Counted from the stretch's first letter, positions 24,718 to 34,509 are shown. The stretch is DNA of 64,000 nucleotides from an uncultured Pseudomonadota bacterium (GCA_963791155.1 CAWBRI010000020.1:75518-139517); one strand, 5' to 3'. Notes: generated by a model from the letters alone, not told the origin. Made by a program: numbers and translations.

Positions 24718-25455
24718 ATGACCGAGGCGCTCGATACGTATCAGCAGCAGTGGAATCGGAAACCGGTCCTGAGGACCGTTTACAACGATATCTATGATCG
24801 AATTACTGCGCTGTGCACGCCGGGTGTTACCATCGAAATCGGCGGCGGTATTGGCAAGCTCAAGCATCGCCTGCCTCGAGTGATCACGACCGATATTCAG
24901 TTCGGTTCGTGGCTCGACTGCCTTGCCGACGCGCAGCGTCTGCCGTTCGCCGCGACCAGTGCGGCGAACATCGTCATGGTCGACGTTCTGCACCATCTCG
25001 AATTTCCGGTCCTTTTCTTTCGGGAGGCCGAGCGGATTCTGAAGCCGGGTGGGCGCGTGATCATGGTGGAGCCGGCCATCACGTGGGGCAGTACCCTGTT
25101 TTACCGACTATTCCATGGGGAGCCGGTGCGCACGAGCGCCGACCCGCTGATCGAGGGATCGCCAAATCCGCATCGGGATCCCTATCACGCCAACCAAGCG
25201 ATCCCGACATTGCTTGCGACGCGGGACCGCAATCGCTTTGAACGCCGGCTTCCCGACCTTCGCGTGGTCCGCGTCGACTGGTTTGCGTTGGCCGTCTATC
25301 CGCTGAGCGGCGGATTCAAGTCCTGGGCCTTGATCTCGGATGCGCTTGCGCGGCGCGTCCTGAAGTTCGAGCGGGCCATCGAGCCGCTCCTAGGCCACCT
25401 GACGGGATTCCGAATGTTGATGGTTGTTGAGAAGGCGTCAAATCTCGAGCGATGA
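24718..25455 (+). CDS. class I SAM-dependent methyltransferase
   Basis: The start MTEALDTYQQQW lies in ORF 24682..25455. The motif I context is TIEIGGGIGKL, and RVIMVEP follows further on. Confidence 0.8.
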   Translation: MTEALDTYQQQWNRKPVLRTVYNDIYDRITALCTPGVTIEIGGGIGKLKHRLPRVITTDIQFGSWLDCLADAQRLPFAATSAANIVMVDVLHHLEFPVLFFREAERILKPGGRVIMVEPAITWGSTLFYRLFHGEPVRTSADPLIEGSPNPHRDPYHANQAIPTLLATRDRNRFERRLPDLRVVRVDWFALAVYPLSGGFKSWALISDALARRVLKFERAIEPLLGHLTGFRMLMVVEKASNLER

Positions 25456-25508
25456 AAGTCTCGTACACTCCTCATCGAACGGGGTCACAATGTGAACGAT
25501 CTTTGCAG

Positions 25509-27553
25509 TCAATGCAGCGGTTCGGCACGCACGACACTGAACCAATAGCGGCCTGGACCTGGCGCGAGCTGCCGATCTTCAATCTGCACGCGCCACGCCT
25601 TGACGTCTCGGCGTTCGACGACCTCGGGCGGCACGATGTACTGATAGTCGCTGCTGGTTTTGGAGTCCAAGCTGGGCGCGAACACGAAGCCGAAGGGCAT
25701 CATCGGCATTCGCGGATACAGCAACGCTTGATAGTTTTCGACGCCGCTGGCTTGCACAATATCGGCAAACACCGAAATGTGAATCATCGGCAAGTCGTTT
25801 CGTAAAACTGCATCATCGGAGACGACCAGAAAACCGCTCATTCGCTGGCCGCCAATGAGGGCGCGTTCGTCGCTGCTCAGAGGTGCCGTCGCATTGCGAA
25901 GCTCGTGGACAGGCGAGAGTCGATGCGCCAGCCATGGGACGCTCAGGAATAACATGGCTGCAGCGGCGAATGCCGCCGCCGCGCTCCGGACTTGCAGTTT
26001 CGTGACTCGATCAGCGATCGCTCGATGCCTCTCGGGCGTACCGAAACCGCGAGCAACGAACAGCCAGAGCAGAGGGAATGACACCGCGAGAACTCTGCGG
26101 CCGTCGTCGAATATGACGAATGCGGCAGATGAAAGCACGCTCGTCCACAGCAGCAGCCAGAAAGTAAATTCACGCCGCGCAGGCCTTCGCAGCACGAAAA
26201 ACAGGAGCCCGATGGTAGCGACGCCCCACCAAAGAATACGAAGCGAAAGCGGGGGCTTAGCGAGATGGGAGTATCCGCGGGCCAGCGCATCTGGCAGTTG
26301 CTTGATGAATTCGTAAAAACCGCTGCCGAGCCGACGAAAAAAAACGTCGGGTTGCTTCCTGAAGTTTTTCCAGGCCAATGAATACAATTGAGCGACGTTT
26401 TCTTCCTCGTTTGACGGCGGCGCTCCTCCCTCGTCCTTCAATTGCCGGGGACATGCGGACCAATCCTTGCCGATGCTGAGGCCGCACAGCGTGTAGGCGA
26501 AGTTGGTGCCGGTCAACGTCCGGCCCGCGCCATAGGCCTGCACCAAGAGAGCGTTCAAACCAAGAATTCCGCCGATCACCGCAGCGGACAGTGCAAGGAC
26601 GCGCGCTTTCTCTTTCGCGGTTTCGCCAAATTCGACCGACATCCAGAGCATGAGCGCCGGAATCGTGAACATGCCGCCCATTCGGGTCATAAGCGCAACC
26701 GCCATGGCGCCAAAAGCGATGATCGCATGGGCGAAAGAGCCGCCCCGCAACGCGTCCACAAAAAACGGGATCGCGATCAAGGCCCAGAAAAGACCGAGCG
26801 GCTCGGTGAGCGCAGTCGGCACGAACGCCCGGACGTAAATATAGGCGAGGGCATAGAACGCGACTCCGCCCAGAGACCGCGCCATCGCGCTACTGCGGCT
26901 GCGGCAAAACAAATGGCTGCCGACAGGAGTACGGCCTGTATCAGGAGCATGCCTTGATAAGAAAAATCTGCGGCGAACAACAGGAGGGATCGGAACGCGG
27001 CGGCCAGGGGGCGACGCAGGCTCATCGCGTTCCATATGCCGTCCCTCGCTTGATCGTGGCTGCCGGCCAGATAGCCTCCGGCGTCAAAGTAGGGGATAAG
27101 CCCCCCAATGCTGAGACCGTTGAAGTCGCCGGCTTGTGGAATGCCGGTCCACATGGCGCTCATTGAAAACATGAACAAGCAAGTTGTGATCAGAAAGCCC
27201 CAGCGCGAGAGAAAGCGACTCACGATCACCTCATCGCGCCGCCGGTGCGGGGAGTGGAACCACAATGCGATCCAATGTGTGACGACGCCGACCGCGGCGA
27301 GCGTCAACAGAACGCGACCGAGCCACGGATCGAGCCGTACGATCCGTTCGGCGACGGGGGACCAACGGACGAGAGCCGTCGTCGGCATCGCCCATCCGGA
27401 CATCAATGCCGCGAGCGTGCACGCAATAAAGATCAGTGACGCCAGGAGCCCGGCGTAGCCGAGGACGAGCAGCATCCTGTACGGCGCCCGGAGTGCGGCT
27501 CTTGCGGCAGGACGAGCCCATCGGCTTGTCCAAATTTGAACCGTTTGGGTCAT
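25509..27553 (-). pseudogene. large polytopic membrane protein, possible GT-C-type (ArnT/PMT-like) glycosyltransferase, 1 frameshift as sequenced
   Basis: ORFs 26777..27553 and 25509..27035 join near 26885 (…LLSAAICFAAAAVA / ARSLGGVAFYALAYIYV…). There are more than 10 predicted hydrophobic segments followed by a ~150-aa soluble C-terminus. The family call is by architecture and context only. Confidence 0.55.
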
Positions 27554-27697
27554 CTTTCAATATTTGCTGGAGCCCGGCGTAGCCGATGGCGGGAAGCATC
27601 GTACGGCGTCCGGAGTGCGAAGCTTATGGCGACGCAGCCCCATTCCATGGCCGCGGAACCGAGCACGGCGCGCAATCCTCGTGCGCGCAGTCGTGCC

Positions 27698-28915
27698 TCA
27701 CGCGACCAGTTCCGTCACCGTCCCGTCCTTCAACCGCCCCTGTGCCCGATACTGCCCGATTTTCTCCATCAGGGGCGCCTCGGACACCGAGTAGAGCACC
27801 GCATCGCCCTTGCCTGTATTGATGTGGCGGCGCCACAGGAAATTCGGGGCCACGAACAGGTCGTTCTTCTCCCAGTCGAAGCGCTGGCCGGCGATCTCGG
27901 TGCAGCCGCTGCCTTCCATGCAGACATAGAGCGTGCTCGCGGTCTCGCGCTTGGGCTGGGTTTCCTCGCCTGGCCGCAGCAGCTGGGCCGCGTAGGCGAG
28001 CGTTGGAAACACCGGCGCGCCAGTCACCGGATTGACGAAGCCGAGCGTGACGCCCTCGTAGGGATCGCCCTTTTCCTTGGACAAGGCGCGCAGGGCTGCG
28101 AGCACGTCGGCGCCGCGGTAGTGGATCATCGGGGTGGCGCCACGGCCGATGCCGCGCTGGTGCGACACGAAGCCGGGCATGAGTCCGCCCGCGCCGTACA
28201 GCCGATGCGAATAGCCGCTGCCGTGGGTGGGTGCCTGGGCGCGGCTGTTGCTCAGCTTGTCGCCTTCGAACTCGTCGTCGAGCCAGAGGCAGTCGAGATA
28301 TTCGATGAGCGGAAAATCCAGCACGTCGATCCATACCACCGGCGTGGCGCCGTCATTGCCATGGTCATGCCAGGTGCCGTGCGGGGTCAGAATCAAATCG
28401 CCACGCGAAGCCTCGCAGCGCTCGCCCTCGACCGTGGTGTAGCCGCCGTTTTCCGAAAGGATGGTGCGACTCGCATTGGGGGTATGGATATGGACCGGAG
28501 CGACATCGCCCGGATTGTAGATCGAGACCGCGCAGCGGATCGTGCTTGTGACCTGCAGCCGTCCGCCGAATCCCGGATTGGTCAGCAGGAACTGCTGGCG
28601 TTCGGCGAACTCGATCGGCGAGACGTCGGACGTGCGCGCAATCTCCGCGATGCGGTCGAGATAGGGACCGATCTCCTTCCAGCGCCAGCGATGGGCGGCG
28701 GCCTTGAGTTGCGCGGTGCCGACCCGGCCGCCCGCGAGCTTGCCGGCGGTCTCGACGCCGGTGTCGCGGAACCAGGGTCGCTGCGCCGGCGCATTGGCCT
28801 GCGTGCGCAGCCAGATGTTGAACTTGCCGGCCTCCTGATTGAGGCTTTCCATCGCCGCGCGGGCGTCGACCTTCGGGCGGCTCTTGGCTGGCGTTTCTTG
28901 GGTGACGGCGGCCAC
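27698..28915 (-). CDS. bicupin ring-cleavage dioxygenase, gentisate 1,2-dioxygenase family
   Basis: ORF 27698..29065 (-) with cupin His motifs (GDVAPVHIHTPNASRTIL...GTWHDHGN). The start is either the GTG at 28915 or the ATG at 28852. Confidence 0.7.
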   Translation of the reverse strand: MAAVTQETPAKSRPKVDARAAMESLNQEAGKFNIWLRTQANAPAQRPWFRDTGVETAGKLAGGRVGTAQLKAAAHRWRWKEIGPYLDRIAEIARTSDVSPIEFAERQQFLLTNPGFGGRLQVTSTIRCAVSIYNPGDVAPVHIHTPNASRTILSENGGYTTVEGERCEASRGDLILTPHGTWHDHGNDGATPVVWIDVLDFPLIEYLDCLWLDDEFEGDKLSNSRAQAPTHGSGYSHRLYGAGGLMPGFVSHQRGIGRGATPMIHYRGADVLAALRALSKEKGDPYEGVTLGFVNPVTGAPVFPTLAYAAQLLRPGEETQPKRETASTLYVCMEGSGCTEIAGQRFDWEKNDLFVAPNFLWRRHINTGKGDAVLYSVSEAPLMEKIGQYRAQGRLKDGTVTELVA

Positions 28916-29088
28916 GGTGTTCTCCGATCGGGGAAACAACGAAATTCGTCCATGTGGCTGTAAGTCTGCCCTGATTTGGTGGCACTTTCCAGCCGCCTGC
29001 CGGTTCTTTCGCGGCCTGCCGTCGTGATATGTTGGGCACGCACGCGCGTGCAAGGAACCTCCCAAGGAAACGCTCGAGGAATTGTAAA

Positions 29089-30030
29089 ATGATCATCAAC
29101 AGCCAGGAAGACGTCACCCCGGCGGTGCTCGCCGAGATCGCGCGCGCGCCCGATGCGCGTTTTCGCGAGATCATGTCGGCGTTCGTGCGCCACCTGCACG
29201 TCTTCGCCCGCGACGTGAGGCTGACCGAGGACGAGTTCCAGAAGGCGGTCGGCTATATCGTGGCGCTCGGCCAGCGCACCACCGAGAGCCACAACGAGGT
29301 CGTGCTGATGTCGGGCTCGCTCGGCTTCTCGACTCTCATCTGCCTGCTCAACAACGGCAACCGCGGCCAGACCGAGACCACCGCCAACCTGCTTGGTCCG
29401 TTCTGGCGTCCGGAATCCCCGCGCATGCCGAACGGCGCTTCGCTGGTGCGCTCGCCGACGCCGGGCGTGCCGATGTTCGTCAAGGCCTGGGTGAAGGACC
29501 AGAACGGCCATCCGGTCGCGGGCGCCGATGTCGATATCTGGCATTCCTCGACCGAGGGCTACTATGAGAACCAGGACCCGGTGCAGGCCGATATGAATCT
29601 GCGCGGCAAGTTCACGACCGACGCCGATGGCCATATTCATTTCCGCAGCATCAAGCCGGCCGGCTATCCGATTCCGGTCGACGGACCGGTCGGCGACCTG
29701 CTGCGGGCGCAAGGCCGCGCCAACATGCGCCCGGCGCATCTGCATTTCCTGATCTTCAAGCCTGGATTCAAGACCCACGTCTCGCAGGTCTATACCGACG
29801 ACGATCCCAACCTGGAGACCGATTCCCAGTTCGGCGTCACGCAACGCCTGATCGGACACTACGTGCTGCACGACAACGAGCCGGCGCCCGCGCCCGACGT
29901 GAAGGGGCCGTGGTTCTCGCTCGACTACACGTTCGAGATCGAGCCCGGCATCGCCAAGCTGCCGCGTCCGCCGATCACCGCCAAGGCGCGCGGCGAACGC
30001 CCGGTGATCGAGCGGCTCAAGCGGGCGTGA
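29089..30030 (+). CDS. intradiol ring-cleavage dioxygenase (hydroxyquinol / catechol 1,2-dioxygenase family)
   Basis: The start MIINSQEDVTP lies in ORF 29029..30030. Intradiol motifs are DIWHSSTEGYY, IKPAGYPIPVDGP and RPAHLHF. Confidence 0.85.
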   Translation: MIINSQEDVTPAVLAEIARAPDARFREIMSAFVRHLHVFARDVRLTEDEFQKAVGYIVALGQRTTESHNEVVLMSGSLGFSTLICLLNNGNRGQTETTANLLGPFWRPESPRMPNGASLVRSPTPGVPMFVKAWVKDQNGHPVAGADVDIWHSSTEGYYENQDPVQADMNLRGKFTTDADGHIHFRSIKPAGYPIPVDGPVGDLLRAQGRANMRPAHLHFLIFKPGFKTHVSQVYTDDDPNLETDSQFGVTQRLIGHYVLHDNEPAPAPDVKGPWFSLDYTFEIEPGIAKLPRPPITAKARGERPVIERLKRA

Positions 30031-30130
30031 CGTTCCGGCGCATGATCCCGAAAAAGGCCTGTGGACGCGATCCGGCTTTGACGGATTTTTCGGGCGGGAT
30101 CGTTCGCAAAGACCGCGACGCGGCCGGCGC

Positions 30131-30727
30131 TCAGTAGCGGGACCGCTTCCGGGCCGGCTCGGCCAAAGCCTGCGCGGTCACCGGCTCCGCGTTGCCGCCG
30201 GGCGGAGCGAGCGCCAGGACGTTCGATGCACCGCCTTTTTGCAGCGTTGCCTCCCGGCCCTGGACGGAAAGCAGTGTCCATCCCTCGTGGCTGTCGCTGG
30301 TGTGCAGCCTGACGACAGTTGCGGTCCCCGGCACGACAAAGACCGCAATCGCGTCATTCTCGCCCGTAATCGTGCCGACCAATGTCAGCGGGGGGCGTTC
30401 CGGCTCGGCCTTGACGGGGCGCGAGACGGCCGCAGGCACGTAGATCGGCGCCGCAACCGCGACGGCGGGAGGGCGACGGGAAGGCGAAAAAATCGGCCGC
30501 TCGCGCGTGGCCGACAGCTGGGAGAGCGGAATTGCCCAGACCGGATTGCCGCCCGGCGTGGCCTGCGCGGCAGGCGGCTGCGCGCCGCCCTGCCGGAGAT
30601 CGGTTCCGGCCACGTTCACGTCCTGGGCGACCGAATCCGCCTGCGCGGGCCTGCCGGCCGTCGCGGCCCCCATCGCCACGAGGGCGATGGTTGCAATCAG
30701 CAACTGATTTGCGTTGCGCATGGTCAT
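30131..30727 (-). CDS. T2SS inner-membrane component, GspC/GspN-like (N-terminal TM plus PilP/HR-like C-domain)
   Basis: The sequence begins MTMRNANQLLIATIALVAMGAATAG (TM helix), continues through a Pro-rich linker, and ends with LTLVGTITGENDAIAVFVVPGTATVVRLHTSDSHEGWTLLSVQGREATL. It is the last gene of the gsp operon. Confidence 0.6.
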   Translation of the reverse strand: MTMRNANQLLIATIALVAMGAATAGRPAQADSVAQDVNVAGTDLRQGGAQPPAAQATPGGNPVWAIPLSQLSATRERPIFSPSRRPPAVAVAAPIYVPAAVSRPVKAEPERPPLTLVGTITGENDAIAVFVVPGTATVVRLHTSDSHEGWTLLSVQGREATLQKGGASNVLALAPPGGNAEPVTAQALAEPARKRSRY

Positions 30728-31291
30728 TTTGCACCTTGCCATTGTCCGGACACCGAAATCAATACGCGAAATCTTGCCCGCCATCGCGCTCGTCATGCCC
30801 TCGGGCGCCTCCGCCACCATCTGGTCGACGAACAGGAACGGCATTCCGGCCTCGAGATCGTAAAGAATCTTCTGCAACGACGCTTGCTCGACCTCGCAGT
30901 TGACCGCGACGGAAACGAAACCGTCCTTTGCCTGAGGTCCCTGCAAATCGACCTGGGACGACAGGATGTTGCCGCCGAAACGAGCGATCGCTCCGGCCAC
31001 CCGCTGCATCAGGGCCGCGCCGGCCACGGTCACGGTGGGGCCTTCCAGGACGGGCGAACCGGTCACCACCGTAACGTCGCCGGCGTCTGCGACCCGGGGC
31101 CGGGAGGGCGCGCGGCCCTCCAGCCGGCTCAGAATATCGGCGGCAGCCGCTACCGCCTCGCGACGCTCCAGCAAGTCCATGACGGCAAACGACGTCGCGA
31201 GCACGAAGGCGGTGACGACCGCGAAAAAGCAGAAGGCGGCGCCGAGCGGAAAGCGCGTCAGGTAGCGGTTGATGACATTGTTCGTCGTCAT
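30724..31291 (-). CDS. gspM: T2SS protein M. As sequenced it reads through into the next gene; the expected stop is in another frame.
   Basis: The sequence begins MTTNNVINRYLTRFPLGAAFCFFAVVTAFVL with a GspM-like topology. In a shifted frame the end reads SGQWQGAK-TGA, with the TGA overlapping the downstream ATG (ATGA at 30724..30727). Confidence 0.6.
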
Positions 31292-32364
31292 GTGCCGAAT
31301 CCGAATTCGGGGTTGATTCGGGCCTCGATGTGGAAGCGCTCTCCGGGTTCGCCGGGCGATCGCGTGGTCGCCGCGAAGAAGGTGGCGCGCGCGAAGTGGG
31401 GGGATTTTTCGATCAACTCGATCAGCGAGGGCGCATCGCGCGTCATCCCGACGACCTGCAGCTTGTCTCCGTCGACCCGAAGCTGGGTCACATAGGTATG
31501 GTCGGGCAGCAGCCGCGACAGCGCTTCCAGCACGACGACGCTCGACGGCCGCGTGTGCTTGCGCCGTTCGAGCAATTGCATTGCCGACGCGCCCGCGATG
31601 TCCTGACTGCCCCGCATGGCCGCCCGGCGGGCGGAGATCTTGCGCTGCAGGTCCTGTTGCTCGGTCGCCAGATTGTCCCCCGCGACGGCGGCCACGCCGA
31701 TCGAGATCGCGGCCGCGAGACCGGTCAGCACGAACACGGTCACCAGAATGGCCCGGATCCGCCCGATGTCGATCGCGCTGCGCGTGCGCTGCTCGAAGAC
31801 CCGCATGAGCGTGGCGTTCGGTTCCGAGCCCGGCGAGACCGTTGCGACGGCGATCGTCGCGGCGCCAAGATCTCCGATCGCCTGCAAGTAGGGAGCGATC
31901 ATCGCGCGCGCCGTCGCGGCAATCGTCAGATGGATTCGCTCGTTGGCGTCGACCGGCGGGGTCCAGCTGTAGACCGCCTCGCTCGCCGTCCAAGGCGTCA
32001 GGCGATCGATCTGCGAACGGACGATGCCTTCGAGATATTCCGTCGCGCGTTTGGGCAGTTCGAGCGGTCGAAACAGGAACCGGGACGGCCGCAGGACCAA
32101 TTCGGTGCGGCTGCCGCGCAAGGTCGCCGCCCAATCCGGCGGCAAGGCGCCGACGATCGATCCATTCGCCATGCGGATGCTGTGGTCGGGCAAAGGCGAC
32201 TTCTTGCCGGCGTCGAGCATGTGAAACGTGAACGTATCCGGCGCTTCCTCGATGAGCTGCACGTGGGGCTGCGATCCGAGCCGGTCGAACAGCGAATTGA
32301 TCGTCGTGGCGACGGAATCGATCCAGCACGAGAAGGCATCGACGGTCTGACGCAAGAATGTCAT
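31288..32364 (-). CDS. gspL: T2SS protein L-like (cytoplasmic domain, TM helix, PilN-like periplasmic domain)
   Basis: The start MTFLRQTVDAFSCW lies in ORF 31288..33441. There is a central TM helix (ILVTVFVLTGLAAAISIGVAAV). ATGA overlaps link it to gspK and gspM. Confidence 0.7.
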   Translation of the reverse strand: MTFLRQTVDAFSCWIDSVATTINSLFDRLGSQPHVQLIEEAPDTFTFHMLDAGKKSPLPDHSIRMANGSIVGALPPDWAATLRGSRTELVLRPSRFLFRPLELPKRATEYLEGIVRSQIDRLTPWTASEAVYSWTPPVDANERIHLTIAATARAMIAPYLQAIGDLGAATIAVATVSPGSEPNATLMRVFEQRTRSAIDIGRIRAILVTVFVLTGLAAAISIGVAAVAGDNLATEQQDLQRKISARRAAMRGSQDIAGASAMQLLERRKHTRPSSVVVLEALSRLLPDHTYVTQLRVDGDKLQVVGMTRDAPSLIELIEKSPHFARATFFAATTRSPGEPGERFHIEARINPEFGFGT

Positions 32365-33308
32365 CGGAATCTCTCGGCGGTTCGCGGCTGGTCCGAGCCG
32401 GCGTCGACGTCGTTCTGCCACGATAGTACGCGGAATGGCTCGCTGTCGGCCCCCAGAAGAACAACGGCTTCCGATGCCGTCTTGCGGCCGTTGTCGAACG
32501 CGATCTGAACCCGCACCCGGACCGCCGGGCTCGCCTCGGCGGTGGCGCCGGCCTGGTCGGGGCCAAGCAGCAACGCAAGCCCGTCCGGGTCGTGCGGCAT
32601 CGTTTCGCGCCGATTGAGGAAGCTGTTCAACCGCTCCGGCGACATGCCGGGCAGGGCCGCCATCACCTCGGGCGGGGCATCGAAGACGTCGATCTCCGGC
32701 TGGCCGGTGTAGATGGTCACGAACGGCAAGGCGCGGGCGACCAGCGCCGGCGGCAGGCCCTGCACGAGCCAGAGCTCGCTCACATGCGCGAACGGCGCTC
32801 CGCGCGGCAGGTAGGTTCGTCCGGCGGAGCGGTAGAGGTCGTCCTCGGCCGCCTGCGCCCCGCGCTTCGGAGGCGTGCGCCAGCCGATGATGCGGTCGGC
32901 GCTCAGTTCCGCCTCCTCGCGCGAGACGCCGAGGCCGGCGAAAAATCCTGCCAGCATGACGTTCGTGGCGCCGTTGAGGTCGAGCCGCGCGTTCTCCGGC
33001 GTATACGACACGACGACATTTGCCCCATTGAGGCGAAAGCGGAAGACGCCGCGGGTGGGCCGTGTTCCAGTCGTCGGAGCGGTCAACCGATAGACGCTGA
33101 GCTCGATGCCCGTCGATACCAGGGTGTCGACCTGCAATCCGTCGTCCATGGTGGACAGCGCCAGCGCGGAATTGCCGACATAGACCGAGTAGATCGATAC
33201 CAGCGTCGCGAGCGCGATCAGGATCCACAGCACCGCAACGATGACGAATCCCTCGCGGCCCGCGCGTCGCGGCGGGCGGCCAGGTCGGGGCCACGCCACC
33301 ACCGTCAT
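32361..33308 (-). CDS. gspK: T2SS minor pseudopilin K
   Basis: The sequence begins MTVVAWPRPGRPPRRAGREGFVIVAVLWILIALATLV. GspK-like motifs follow (ENARLDLNGAT, APFAHVSELWLVQGL). Confidence 0.8.
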   Translation of the reverse strand: MTVVAWPRPGRPPRRAGREGFVIVAVLWILIALATLVSIYSVYVGNSALALSTMDDGLQVDTLVSTGIELSVYRLTAPTTGTRPTRGVFRFRLNGANVVVSYTPENARLDLNGATNVMLAGFFAGLGVSREEAELSADRIIGWRTPPKRGAQAAEDDLYRSAGRTYLPRGAPFAHVSELWLVQGLPPALVARALPFVTIYTGQPEIDVFDAPPEVMAALPGMSPERLNSFLNRRETMPHDPDGLALLLGPDQAGATAEASPAVRVRVQIAFDNGRKTASEAVVLLGADSEPFRVLSWQNDVDAGSDQPRTAERFR

Positions 33309-34108
33309 AGGATCCTCCCCGGGACGACCAAATCGCCGCGCTGCACCGGGGGCGCCGCGGGAGCCGGATCTTCGCCGGCAGGGGTGCCCTGCGGCTCGCC
33401 GGGTTGGGCGAGGCAACTCGTCTTCGTGTTCCTGTTGGCACATGCGGCCGGCAGCTCGACGTGGATCAAGGCGGCGGTCGAGATCGCCAGCGTTCGTTGG
33501 GTCGCCGCGTCGCGCACCGTCATGCGGACCGTCATGGGAAGCCGGAGCGCGTTCTGCCAGGTGTCCTGCCAGACGCCGTCGCTCCCCGCATAGGCGAACG
33601 AAACCCGGTATGGCGGACGCAGGAGCGCCACCGGATTCGCAAATTTGAGCCGGCTGATCGTCGCCTGGTTTTGCTCGAGAGGTACGAACGGCATCGTTGA
33701 CCGCAACGTGACGGTCCGAGGCCCGTCGGCGGTCTCGGCAATGCGCACGATCTCGAGACCGGGCCGTGCGTCGGGCCCGATCGCCGAGCGCACCAGGATG
33801 ATGGACGACGGCGTGCCGTCGAAGAGCGGAAGCTTGGTCTCCCGGTTCGGCGGGATGAACTCGGCCGCCTGAATGTCGGCGACCAGCCGGTTGAGCGACA
33901 TGCTCACGAGTTCGGTGCGCTGCACGCGGGCAATGCCACGATTCCAATTGGGTAGCCATTGCGCCGTAATCGACGCGAGGGCGGCGAGCACCAGGCCCAT
34001 CAGGACGGTCGCCACCAGGGCTTCGATGAGCGTGAAGCCGCGCACGGCGGCATATCGGCTGCGCCGGCTCGATTTTCTTTCGTCGCGTGCCATGAGGTGC
34101 CGCATCAT
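33305..34108 (-). CDS. gspJ: T2SS minor pseudopilin J
   Basis: The prepilin-type N-terminus is RGFTLIEALVATVLMGLVLAAL. Its position between gspI and gspK fits. Confidence 0.8.
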   Translation of the reverse strand: MMRHLMARDERKSSRRSRYAAVRGFTLIEALVATVLMGLVLAALASITAQWLPNWNRGIARVQRTELVSMSLNRLVADIQAAEFIPPNRETKLPLFDGTPSSIILVRSAIGPDARPGLEIVRIAETADGPRTVTLRSTMPFVPLEQNQATISRLKFANPVALLRPPYRVSFAYAGSDGVWQDTWQNALRLPMTVRMTVRDAATQRTLAISTAALIHVELPAACANRNTKTSCLAQPGEPQGTPAGEDPAPAAPPVQRGDLVVPGRIL

Positions 34109-34509
34109 TGCTGTCTTCGCTGCAGGCGCACCGTTTTGATATCGATGGCGGCGCCCGACGGCGATTGGACGCGGATCGTCATCATTTGCGGGATCCAGGT
34201 CGACTGGGGGTCCACCATGATGGGGCCGTCGACCATCGGCGAAGCGCCGATGCGCCAGCGATTGCCGTACATCTCGCCGGAGAGCCCCTCCGAGGCCAGC
34301 GGCTCGCGCGAGCGCAGGCCGGCGACGACGCCGCGGGCCGTTTCCGCCAGGATCACATGCTGTTCGAGCGATCGCACGCCCCGCGTGTTGGTCGCGGTGA
34401 CGTTGCCGATCGCGGCGAGCACGATCGTCACGACCGCGATCGAGATCAGCACCTCGAGGATCGTGAACCCGGCCTCCTTGCCGGTCTCACAGGCTGGTGC
34501 GCGGCGCAA
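34105..34509 (-). CDS. gspI: T2SS minor pseudopilin I
   Basis: 134 aa with the prepilin N-terminus AGFTILEVLISIAVVTIVLAAI. Confidence 0.8.
   Translation of the reverse strand: MRRAPACETGKEAGFTILEVLISIAVVTIVLAAIGNVTATNTRGVRSLEQHVILAETARGVVAGLRSREPLASEGLSGEMYGNRWRIGASPMVDGPIMVDPQSTWIPQMMTIRVQSPSGAAIDIKTVRLQRRQQ

Noticed and set aside
30131-32578. 815-aa minus-strand ORF
   Set aside because: It is a composite. The upstream ~430 codons are an out-of-frame read across gspL/gspK. Only the last ~385 codons correspond to GspM plus the GspC/N-like protein.
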